DNA of 63,954 nucleotides, counting the filler, from Reticulomyxa filosa (taxonomy: Eukaryota; Protista; Foraminifera): assembly GCA_000512085.1 (NCBI GenBank). It is 22 parts of 22 records of this genome, joined end to end, with 100 filler letters (N's around TTAATTAATTAA, not from the genome) between each part and the next. Parts side by side here need not be neighbours in the genome. Positions count along the whole stretch, not along the records: positions 53,183 to 54,223 come from ASPP01005324.1; positions 54,324 to 55,694 come from ASPP01027621.1; positions 55,795 to 57,057 come from ASPP01010962.1; positions 57,158 to 59,760 come from ASPP01022447.1; positions 59,861 to 61,337 come from ASPP01018270.1; positions 61,438 to 62,849 come from ASPP01003665.1; positions 62,950 to 63,954 come from ASPP01013417.1; 15 more parts are not named here. One strand, 5' to 3'. The notes under the pieces were generated by a model that worked only from the letters and a program-made list of their open reading frames with translations, did no database searches and was not told the DNA's origin. This document shows, one piece after another, positions 53,300-63,954 of the stretch. Position 1 is the first letter of the stretch. Every line of letters starts with the position of its first letter. Both the position numbers and the translations under genes were made by a program.

Positions 53300-54223
53300 C
53301 TAAATAGTTGTGGAAATTGGCGCAGGAGACCGATCGATTATATCGAAACTTAGTGTACGTGCGCTTGTGAACTTCGTTGGAAGCGTATGGTCGCATTTGA
53401 ACCGTTGGACAATATTCTCCAGATCAATCACAGACAATTGGGATCTTAGTGCCGACAGACTGGAGCAAGCTCGCCAGAAAAAAAAGAAGACGTAGCGATA
53501 TCGTGCAAAAGTGGAAAAGGCATTGACGTTATGGCGTTGCGAAGGTTGCAGAGACTGGATTGGTCGAAGAAGTGTTGCGCAAAGAAGAAAATAGCGCAGA
53601 CGTCTCTAAGAGATAATCTACATGGCAGTCGAGCAAACCATTAAATCGGGAGAATGGTTCCATGTGGTAGTTGTTCAATTTGTGCAAACATCAAGACACT
53701 ATCAACGGAAGAAGAAGATGATAATGAATAGAAGAAAGAGTATTTTGACGCAATACAGATTTGGATTTGTTTGTTTTATATATATAAATATATAACTAGT
53801 CTTCATGCATTGACGAACTTCGTTATGAAATGGCTGAATTGTAAATCGCGTAGGAACCTTTGGCGTATTTGACAATCACGTTGAACCATGGCACGCAAGA
53901 AAGCAAGAAGAACAACGAACACGTACAATAATGAAAAGAATACAAGTCTCCCTCCCTTATTGAATCGCCAATTTAAAAGTTGGATGTGGACATTTCCAAG
54001 GCAGATCCCATTATCCAAGGCCAAAGTGTAGTCCCTTCATCACAAGGGCAGCAAAAGCGAAATGAATTTTGCCTTTAGAAAATATACATGACATGATGGC
54101 ATTGTGATAATCGAACAAAATTCTCACATCTCAGTCGCGGGGGACAATCTGTATTTTTGGTGCTGCCCGACTGCAAACACAAGATTGCCAAAAAGAAACA
54201 AAAAAAAAAAGAATGTCGTATAT
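53300..54223 (+). pseudogene. Decayed member of the YYPRPKC / HMAVE family
   Basis: caagaaagcaagaagaac...ttatccaaggccaaagtgt (about 53895-54045) matches the reverse strand of 57400-57570 and 58375-58560. ggattggtcgaagaa...catggcagtcgag matches the contig at 54324. Confidence 0.55.
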
Positions 54224-54323
54224 NNNNNNNNNNNNNNNNNNNNNNNNNNNNNNNNNNNNNNNNNNNNTTAATTAATTAANNNNNNNNNNNNNNNNNNNNN
54301 NNNNNNNNNNNNNNNNNNNNNNN

Positions 54324-55694
54324 TGGATTGGCCGAAGAAATGGACGTTGAAGGAAATACATAATCACACATGGCAGTCGAGTGAGCCACTCTCACATGGA
54401 ACTATCTTCCGATATCATGGCTCAATTTGGTGAAGGAGTTTTGCGAAACTCAAGTCGACATCACTGGCAAACAAGAAGAAGGAGAAGAAGATAGGGGGGA
54501 TGATGATCCAATAGAAAGAAAATTCCGAGGAACTGCGTTGGATTTGTTTTAAAAAGAAAAGAAGACAGTCTGCCAACTTTAGTCTCTTTATGAAATTGGT
54601 CTTCGCACTCTTATGCATGGACTAATCTTACATAGTGCGCACCCAATTAAAGCTTCTTGCTTGGTGTAACAATGTCAAGCGTAGCGCCAGTGATGCTTTT
54701 AATAACAACGACAAAACGCAGTCCATGTTATTGCTTACTCATTTGTCAATTGTTCAATACATTGGGCTGGCGTGTGTGGACAATATTTGGTACTACTGCT
54801 ATATATATTCCACGATTTAATTTGGTGTGCGCGAGAGAGCTAGTATTGTAACAAAAAGCAAGAACGTCGTGCCAGTCAATAGTTGGCTTGACGATTCGAA
54901 AACCTCCCATTATTTGTCAAGAAAAAATTTGGATATTGGCAATGTCTTTGTGGTGCTGGACCGCTGGATCGATATATGGACATACTCTATGTCAGCAATC
55001 GATCCCCCCTCTCCTTTCCACACGGGCTTGGCTGGCCATTTATGTGCGCCTGTTCCAATTTCCTGCTAACCTGTCGTTTAATTGTGTTTGGGTTCATTGG
55101 TTGAAAAAGTTTATGTATGTACATATACATTTCTTTATTATATGTGTACATATTCGATAATTAATAGTAACATCTTTATACGTATATTGATTATTTTTTT
55201 TTGTGTGATATGTATTGCTTGAAATATTTAATAGATATTCCAAAGCGTATCTGCAAAGTTTTGGAATGCGGATAGACATATTTTTGCTGCATACATTGTC
55301 ATTGGTGCTGCGGCGAGTTCCCAGAGATAATAACAACAGTAACAGCAACGGCAGTAGTAATATCGATGGTTGCAGTAAATGAAAGTAAAATTGGCAGCCT
55401 CATGGTCGAATTGTTGCTGCTGGAAACACAATCTATCATCGAATCATGGAAGCCGCACTATAACGCACGCATCTATCATTTTTCCAATAAATTTATTTGT
55501 TCATCATTGAACAAATATCAATTAGTGATGGCGTGCTTCAAATATGGGCACGATATTGCGTTTTGAATAACGTAGCTTGGAAAAAAAAATCGGAAGTCCA
55601 TATTGTGTAATGTGGCTCATGATGGATGGTTTGAAATCGAGCAATTGAAAGTGAGCTGAAGATTATAATGATTATATGTGCGATCTATATTCCA
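54324..55694 (+). pseudogene. Decayed gene with ankyrin-like remnants and hydrophobic segments
   Basis: EGNT*SHMAVE (about 54349-54381) and ACFKYGHDIA (about 55530-55560) resemble ankyrin consensus. Many stops. Confidence 0.4.
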
Positions 55695-55799
55695 NNNNNN
55701 NNNNNNNNNNNNNNNNNNNNNNNNNNNNNNNNNNNNNNTTAATTAATTAANNNNNNNNNNNNNNNNNNNNNNNNNNNNNNNNNNNNNNNNNNNNGCATC

Positions 55800-55928
55800 G
55801 GCTTACGGATACCTATTGGGTGCTTGGGTGCTGAGGACACCCATCGCAGCGCTTACGGAGGGCCATCCAGAAAAGGCTTAGGGAGGACATCCATCCGGGG
55901 GCTTAGCGGGTTTACGGAGGACATCCGA
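55800..55928. repeat. Short interspaced direct-repeat array (consensus GGCTTACGGAGGACAYCCAT) beside the Y1 transposase; REP-like/element-end repeats
   Basis: Copies: 55800 GGCTTACGGATACCTAT; 55833 GAGGACACCCAT; 55851 GCTTACGGAGGGCCATCCAG; 55875 GGCTTAGGGAGGACATCCAT; 55900 GGCTTAG (partial); 55908 GGGTTTACGGAGGACATCCGA. Runs to the contig edge. Confidence 0.8.
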
Positions 55929-56124
55929 ATAAACAAAAGCGAGCCCAATGGACCGCTAGCTAACAGCCCCAATATGGATAAAGGCATATCTATGGTTAGA
56001 CACTTTGATGACCTAAATGTAGGTGTGGTGGAAATATTTGAAGAAACAACAACGGATGGACGGCAAGTTGCCACAGTGAACCATGCTATTAGTTTGTGAG
56101 TGGAAACACAGGCCTTTTTTGAAA

Positions 56125-57057
56125 TCAACCAAACGCTTGTCGCGCTGCCGTGATACCTAACACGCGCTGTTGCTTGAGTTTTTCGCAAAACTGCAGCAAG
56201 CGTGCGGCACTGCCAATAACGCGATAGTAGGTTTTTTCCAGCGCTTCGCAATTTTGTAGCCAGGCTGGTGGGTTGATTTTGAGCCGCTTGATAATTGGCG
56301 GTATTTCAGTTGAAATGTAGCCGCGTTTACCGGCTTTGATTTGCCGGCCTGTCCATTCAACCAGTTGAATGTATTCAAGTAAGTTGTAGGGAATATGCTC
56401 CGGATTGTCGGTTTGGTGTGAATCTCCGGCAAAAGGTAGTAGCAATGGTTTCATCGGTGAGTTGCTGGCATCTAAGCGATTTTGAATAGACGTAAATTCG
56501 CTGCTCTCCAACGTATCAGCTATTTTAGCGCGAATGGGGTTTAAATCCACGTAGGCCATGGCTTGCAGCTCGGCACGTCATCCAGCAAAGCTTGTGATTT
56601 AAAGCGGCCTTCCCAAAATCTTCCGGTACAGCCATCCTCTAGGTTCGCCATGCGGGCAATCGGCTCGTTGAGGCAACGCATAAACCAACTTAAATCGTAT
56701 AACCGTTCACGGCGCAGCTCGATTTGCCGGATGGCCTCAGTGAGCTCGGGGTCGGACATGTCTTCGTTGTCAGAAAAGCGTTTAGCCAAAAACGGCAATG
56801 AAAACAGTGCACTCCAACGACGGATGACTTCTTGGGTGGTCAACGTTAACGCCCGCTGCTTTTGAATACGCACCACCAAATGGTAGTGGTTGGACATAAT
56901 GGCGTAAGCAGAAATATCAATCAAAATAACTCAGTAAGCTCAGCCAGCCTTGCCACAATGGCATCACGGCGATGACTGAAATCTTTGTTATCCACCACGC
57001 CAAACAAAAAAGTGCGGCGCACACAGCGGCTGACGACGTGGTAACTGGGCGTGGTAT
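56125..57057 (-). mobile_element. Bacterial Y1 HUH transposase (REP-associated tyrosine transposase-like, long form of about 310+ aa); 5' partial; two 1-nt deletions
   Basis: TTPSYHVVSRCVRRTFLFG...DFSHRR; [13 protein letters not shown] (HUH); [37 protein letters not shown]; [11 protein letters not shown] (catalytic Tyr). Frameshifts near 56925 (homopolymer) and 56577. Confidence 0.92.
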
Positions 57058-57157
57058 NNNNNNNNNNNNNNNNNNNNNNNNNNNNNNNNNNNNNNNNNNN
57101 NTTAATTAATTAANNNNNNNNNNNNNNNNNNNNNNNNNNNNNNNNNNNNNNNNNNNN

Positions 57158-59760
57158 TAAGCGTTTGTTCGACAAACGCAAGGCACAAAACTCTTGCAAC
57201 GATGAAGTCGGGAAATGCAACTAGATCTCCTCTCTTCATCGATCAACAAATGCTCAACATCGCCTTCGAGTTCACGATTTCTCTAATTGGCAGATGCACA
57301 GTAACAAGATCCAAATCGCCCACGATTGAACTGGAAAAACTTTTTTGAACGGGTCCAATGGCATCATATAATTGATGTTTTGTAAATATCAAATTCTTCC
57401 TTTTTCATCGCCATTGTGATGAAGAACACACTTTGGCCTTGGATAATACTCGTTATTGGAACTCCTCGCATCCATCACACCATGCGTCCATTCGACAATT
57501 TTTGGATTAGCAATCCGATGAGGGATGGTACAATTTTTCATTATTGGACGTATTCGCTGTTGTTCTTCTTCACGATTCATCTCATCAGCATACTCACGAA
57601 TCAAAATCCAAAGTTGTGAATGTGCGCGCGCGCACGCGCGCACACAACTAGTTCCGACACGAATGCTCAATCTCTGTGTTCACAAAATTAGCACCATTTC
57701 CATAACAATCGAGTGTTCTTTGTTCGTTGGTGCCAGTTCAACGCTGTTCCGCGCCAACAATAATCCGCAGAGATTTTTTATGCGCATACGTCGATGACAA
57801 ACGTTCTTGCCAATGCTTCGGATTGCCGCTGCTTAAAATTGCCGCACTTGTTCAGCATTTTTCATTGGGGCACGATATGTGAAGTTAGTCCACGCCTTCG
57901 AGTGGCGAATTTGCGCGTTTTCCAGGCATAAAGAACAAATTCAACTAGATATGGCCTCCGAATTCTTTTTCTCTTCTTCATCTCACTCTTCTTGCTTGTC
58001 AGTTGTCTTGACGCGAGTTCCGCGCAACTCCTCTACCGCTCTAACATGGAACGATTTTTCTGATGTAGTCGTTTGCTCAATATTAATGTGAATTATTTTC
58101 TAACAGCGCACGCGTTCTTTATTTTCGTCGCCATTCATTCCTTCGTTTAGTCCAGTCACTGCCGTCGTTGCGATACCACCATGTTGATATCACTTTTACT
58201 TTGCACGATATCATTATCTTCTTTTTTTTCTCTTTGGCGAGCTTGCTTTCGTAATCGAGTGGCGCCAAGGTCCAGATTGCCGGTATTTGTCCGTGATAAT
58301 CTTGCTCCACTGCTTCAGTGCCACCATGCAATGGACATCTTCCAACTACGAAATTTATCCAATCTCGTTGTCCTTGTGATAAGGGGCACATTTTGGCCTT
58401 GGATAATACCCGTCTTTGAAAATTCGCTCATCCATCACACCATGTGTCCATTCGATAATTTTTGCATTGGCGACCCAATGGTGGAGGGTACCATTTGTCT
58501 TTTCTTTTTTTATTATTGGTATATTTTGTTCTTCTTGCTTGCTTTCTTGAGTGCCGTCCAGTCCACTGGAGGCAGTTCAGCAAAGACAATATGCGCTTGT
58601 TCGACAAACGCAAGGCGCAACTCTTGAAGCGATGGAATCGGGAAAATGCAACTAACTCTCTATCTTCCTTCATCGATCAACAATGTTAATGTCTTGCGAG
58701 CTCACGATTTCTCCATCATCCACGTGCGACTCAAACTACAAAGTTGCGAATGTGCGTACGCACACATCCAGTTTCGATTATTGTCATACGTCCATAAAGT
58801 CAGCGCCATTTGCATAATAACCGAGTATATTGCAGTTCGACTTCCTCTTTGATGCTGTGCCTGCCAAGAGTTATCAAAATAGACTTGTGTGCGCCTACGT
58901 TGATGGCGAACAAGCTCTTTCCAATGCTTCGTGTTTCTACTGCTAGACATTGCCACAATTGTTCAGTATTTTCCATTGCGGGCGTGGACTAACTTTACAT
59001 ATCGCGCACCAAGTGGCGGATTTGCGTGTTTCCAGATATGAAGAACAAATCCATCACCAAATTTAGCAAAGCCTGCCGGCGGGTTTTTTTTAAAAAAAAC
59101 AAATCCAATGCTATGTTGCCTTGGAATACTCTTTCTCTTCTTATGTGCCGATGTCTTGGTGTGAGTTTCGCAAAATTCTTCCACTAAATTGATCCATCTC
59201 ACACTGAACGATTTCCAATGTAGTAGTTGCTCGATCACAACGTGGAATATTTTTTGACAACTTTCGCTCTATTTTCTTCACTCGATTTCCACTTTTTCGT
59301 AAGTCCAGTCACTGCCTCCTAGACACCATAATGTTGATATCTTTTTTTCACTTTGCACAATATCACCGTCTTTTTTTTTCTTCTTGTCTGCAATTGATCT
59401 GAGTGTGTGAAAATGTAACAAATGCAAAGTGTTGAGTCATACTCAACAAGTCTATCGTCGGCACATTATCGAACAAGCACCTATTATCTTTGTTGGATTG
59501 TCCAGGATCGACTAACGCGATGCAGCAACTTTTGCAGCGATAGTGTCAAAAATATAACAAGTCTTTTTGTTTCTCGCTCTCTATCTTCACCAATGCCAAA
59601 TGTCGCTTGCAAGTTCACTCATCCTATTAGCACACTCATGAACAAAAGTCCAAAGTTGCGCATACGCGCACGTACACTATCGGTCTCGATAATAGCGAAC
59701 TAATCGATTATTTTGCGTCCATAATATCTGCTCCAATTTTCACAACATTTAGTTTCACTC
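57158..59760 (-). pseudogene. Tandemly duplicated, decayed members of an unnamed gene family (about 1.1-1.4 kb modules)
   Basis: Paired segments: 57160-57285 with 58592-58710; 57410-57570 with 58370-58545; 57600-58240 with 58730-59390. Best-preserved reading is EEQQRIRPIMKNCTIPHRIANPKIVEWTHGVMDAR...YYPRPKCVLHH. Confidence 0.65.
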
Positions 59761-59860
59761 NNNNNNNNNNNNNNNNNNNNNNNNNNNNNNNNNNNNNNNN
59801 NNNNTTAATTAATTAANNNNNNNNNNNNNNNNNNNNNNNNNNNNNNNNNNNNNNNNNNNN

Positions 59861-60579
59861 TTATATCTTATGAACCTGCCACGATTGCAGATTAATTGTT
59901 TCATCACAGTCGGTGACGTGTAAGGAAAGGTCAGTTCCGGTGGTATCGCAGTTATCGTTGGTGAACGAGGCGTACACCATTTCCGAATCGTCGCACGTAT
60001 ACTTGAATGAAGAGACGCGCGTTATTCCGTTGACAGTTGTGCTTGTCACTACGCATGTGTCGATCGGGGACGCCACCAACTGCTCTTGTGCTGCGTTGTC
60101 GCATCCCTGGATATACGACACGTAACACCCGTCCTCACCACCGCACTCAAATGTGTAAGGCGCCAATGTTTGGTTCAATATTGTGCGACTTACAAAGTGG
60201 TCCGAGTCACATAATTGATTTGTGTAAAGCTTTTTTTTTTATACATACGTATACAAATTTTTTTTTTTTTTTGTTTTTACAAAAATATAATTTTTTTTTT
60301 TTTAGTTTGCGAAGCGGAAAAAAAAAACGTTACACGCAAACGCAAGTCATATGCTTTAACCTCAGTGTAAGCTACAGTTTGATTGATGTCGTTCGAGGTT
60401 GGACATGAAAATTTCATGTAACCCAGTGTCGTGCCCATTTGCGATGAACCCATCGGAATACATACGCCAGTGCTCCAAGCGATCCCGGTCTCTTTGTGTA
60501 AGACATAATTGCACAAACTCAAAACGCCTTGGAAGGTGCTCACGAGCAACAAAATCCCTGAAATGGACAATAGGGCCAT
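59861..60579 (-). CDS. Secreted Cys/Thr-rich protein, probably 3' partial, at least one intron (about 60330-60225)
   Basis: Signal peptide MALLSISGILLLVSTFQGVLS. Two similar Cys-rich modules (GVCIP...YMKFSC; DTCVV...SFKYTC...FTNDNC). Confidence 0.7.
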
Positions 60580-61437
60580 GATCTAATTTTTTTTTATGTT
60601 TTAATTCTCTTTATCTATTCACCAATATTGTTATTCTTCAAACTTTTATGCCCCCGTCTTGAAACGCGTTTACACGTATCATAAGAACGAGTGTCAACAA
60701 AAAATTTGTATTTAAGTACATTTAATAGATTAAATTTCTTTTTTTTTTTTCAACGTTCTCATAAACTTTAATTCTTATCATTTCTATGGCAAACAGGGAT
60801 AATTATTTTGTAACGATGGGATTTAAATTTAAATGTAATTAATTTCGTTAATCCAGCGTAGATGGCAACAAAAAAATGTCAACACTGACACGAACACATG
60901 GTTAATTATTGGCTTGTTTATTAAATTTATTTGTCGTCCAATTTTTTCTTACTTGTGAATGTCCCGCAAAAAAAAAAACAACGACAAACTTGCACAAGCG
61001 ACCCAAGCAAACTTATTGGGAGAAACACTGTTGTTCTCATTGATTTGAACAGCCAACAACAAAACTTGTCACACAAAACAATTCGTCACTTTAAGTACAT
61101 TTGAGTAAATTCACAAGTTGGTGCAAATTTCAAGTTGACATTTTGCATTTCCTCTTCTCCTCCAAAGTAAAATTGCTGAGGTGTGGTGGGAGAGAAAAAA
61201 AAAAAAAAAAAAAAAAAGAAAGAATTATTGAACATCCAATAGACGTTCAATAGTCCTGGTAACGGAATGTGTTCTTAATAGCTCTCTTCGAATGTCGGCA
61301 ATGGATACAGTATTTCCCAATATTTCGGCAACTTGTTNNNNNNNNNNNNNNNNNNNNNNNNNNNNNNNNNNNNNNNNNNNNTTAATTAATTAANNNNNNN
61401 NNNNNNNNNNNNNNNNNNNNNNNNNNNNNNNNNNNNN

Positions 61438-62849
61438 CAACAGCAACAGCAACAGCAACAGCAACAACAATAACAGTTCCTACAACTGTTACAGATACAA
61501 CGATTGGTAATATGTCTCCCACTGGAGCCGCAATTGCGTCCATGGAGCTGAGTGAATCCACTATCCTGATAAACGGCCTTGGCAAAGCAAATTCCCTGCT
61601 CACTCTAGAACAGCCGCGTGATATGGCGCGCCGGCAATCGTCGCAGTCAAAAGCGTCCGAATTCAGTGAGCTCGACATCGATGATTTATTAAACAACTTG
61701 GATGACGACAATAGTAATGGCGGGGATGAGTTGCATGTGAATGGCATGAATGCTGTCAATGAGGAGAGTGACCAACTCGTTCATGTCAACACAGGTGCAA
61801 ATGCAAATGCAAATGCAAATGATGACAAAGATTTCAATGCAGCGCAAAATCGAACAAACATTGGACATGAGAATTGGGACATGGCAATGGATGAAAAGCA
61901 AAGACAAGAGTCAAACCAAAGAGTGATGAGGAGGAAACCAGTCAGTGACAAGAACGAAGACGGGCCTTTTGACATTGAGGAGGTGGAGCTGAGTCAAGGA
62001 GATGTATCCAAGTCCATCAACGGGAATCAAGACAATGACGATGTGAATGTGGACGAAGAGGAAGTGCTGATGATCATTGCAGAACAACAAATGAAAGGAA
62101 TACCGACGCAGACAAGAACCCATTCACAGCAAATGCAAAATCAGTTCAAAAAACAATGGAAACATTTGCAAACCACGATAACGGCGTACGCAAAGAAACA
62201 TATAACAGAGTTCGAACCCATTCACAAGATATTGAGTGGCGAGGATGGACGTTGGAATCAATATTTGAACGTGTTCGATCTGTTTATGTGCGTGTGGATG
62301 ACACATCGCCACGAATTGGGCCACTTTGCGCCGAGTGATCGTACCGAACCCGTCAAGCATTGCTACAATGCACTGGCGGCGTTGGGCAAGGCCTTCATGC
62401 AAAACTGCGTGCTCGGCGAGCGCTATCGCAACATGCTTTGGGCTATGTACGACTTTGATTGTAAGCAAAAAGCAAATGAACAAAACCGCATTCGAGACTT
62501 GCGATATAAGTTATTTATCGAAGGCAAACGCTTCTTGCTCGATCGCAATATTGATATCACCATCAAAAAACCTTTTCTACTACTCCTTCAAAAAACTGGA
62601 TGGATTGCTCACGAAGATTGGAATGCCACTTTTATCGGGTGCTTGAAAATTGAACTACATCGACTTGAGGCTCTCTTGTTCAAATTTTATGTCACCTCGT
62701 TGTTTGCATATCAACGCCAAATACACAAACTCGTGCAAATGCCAAAAAATGAATCGGTCATTTTGCAGCAAACTGATGATTTCGTGCAAGGAAGGTTTTG
62801 GTCTTCTTGCATACTTTTGCAAATTATTTGTACATATATATATATATAT
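61438..62849 (+). CDS. Uncharacterised protein, acidic disordered N-region + helical domain; partial
   Basis: Open frame of more than 440 aa with typical coding composition. No family recognised. Confidence 0.7.
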
Positions 62850-62949
62850 NNNNNNNNNNNNNNNNNNNNNNNNNNNNNNNNNNNNNNNNNNNNTTAATTA
62901 ATTAANNNNNNNNNNNNNNNNNNNNNNNNNNNNNNNNNNNNNNNNNNNN

Positions 62950-63918
62950 TGACAATGACAATGACAATGACAATGGCAATGACAGGGATAAAGATAATGA
63001 CAAAGACAAGGACAAGGGCAAGGACAAGGGCAAGGACGAGAATAACAATAAAGACAATGCAGATGCAAGTGCAAATACGAATGAAAATGACAACAACAAT
63101 GCTGATAAAAAAAAACCAATGAAACACGAAAGAAAAGGCAAGCCATTCGGAAAGAGCCAAGCATTTCGTGAAAATTACAAAGACAAGTACGGGTTTGAAG
63201 AGTCCAACGCGAAAAGACACTTTCCAAGACGAGACGCCTCTCCAAAGAAGTATGCATTTGACAAAAAAGCTTCCAAACATGGTTTTTCACATAAGCCTTG
63301 GATGTTTTCATCTTCAAATAACAACAATAACAATAACAATAACAATAACAATAACAATAACAATGACAATAATGATAGCAACAACAATGGAAATAATAAT
63401 TACTCATCACAATCACAAGCGCAAGGACAATTACATTCCTCGTCGCATCGCTCTTCTCGTTATTCGCATTTTCCCTATCGTTCGTTCCAACGTCAGCAGC
63501 CATCTCCAAGTCGGCACTTTCCACCATCGGACTCCAAACACTCTCATGCCAATGAACGACATTTCCCTGCAAATCATTGTTTGACATATTCTATTTTTAT
63601 TTTTTTTATTTTTTTTAATCAATCGATCAATCAATCAATTAATTAAGATCACACTATCGACGTTTAAAATAACAACACATTTTTTTTTTTTTAAAAAAAA
63701 GGGGGTGACGAACAAGCGGATTGGAAACGTGACCGGTATGAAAGTGACGGCGAATGGAGCAGAAGAAGAAACCCGAAGAACGACAAACGAAGAGCGTCAG
63801 CATCGCCAATACGGCGCAACAGACCCCCTTTTGCACACTCACGGCACCCTCGGCACAACGATTGGAATACGCACTCGATGTCAAAGCCGAATTATCTCTC
63901 TTCTTTCCCAGACAGTTT

Positions 63919-63954
<36 letters not shown>
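62950..63954 (+). CDS. Low-complexity (D/N/K hexamer-repeat) protein fragment
   Basis: GACAAT, GACAAG and AACAAT hexamer tracts. ORF 63119-63646. Probable intron about 63579-63647. Confidence 0.45.

Noticed and set aside
55800-55928. Canonical CRISPR array
   Set aside because: Repeats are 20 bp or shorter and degenerate, spacers are 4-16 nt and irregular, and no cas gene is present.
55824-56099. 91-aa plus-strand ORF over the repeat array
   Set aside because: TTG start, no recognisable motif, and it overlaps the repeats and element arm; likely spurious.

Overview
This window is not one locus. It is 22 short draft-assembly contigs joined by 21 artificial 100-bp spacers (N44-TTAATTAATTAA-N44, stops in all six frames), so nothing can be inferred from adjacency across spacers. 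About 20 contigs are AT-rich, intron-containing eukaryotic DNA that looks rhizarian/foraminiferan (Reticulomyxa-like; inference from an MA-MQIFVK ubiquitin and WD40/kelch genes sharing a W-x-R...GWI-x-[DE]F..II-x-[KR]Y exon). They carry three WD40 genes, ubiquitin, a mitochondrial carrier, a Bub2/Cdc16-like TBC GAP, a decayed kinesin, a La-motif protein, a cold-shock-like protein, an F-box/LRR protein and several unnamed, partly decayed multigene families. Two contigs are GC-richer gammaproteobacterial DNA (contaminant or associated bacterium). Contig 24123-25629 holds a mipA/ompV - DUF3019 - OmpR-family regulator - sensor kinase operon. Contig 55795-57057 holds a RAYT-like Y1 HUH transposase followed by a compact array of short GGCTTACGGAGGACAYCCAT-type repeats with variable spacers, which is the most intriguing element. 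Many frameshifts fall in homopolymers and may be sequencing errors. All family calls are from motif recognition by eye; no database searches were run.
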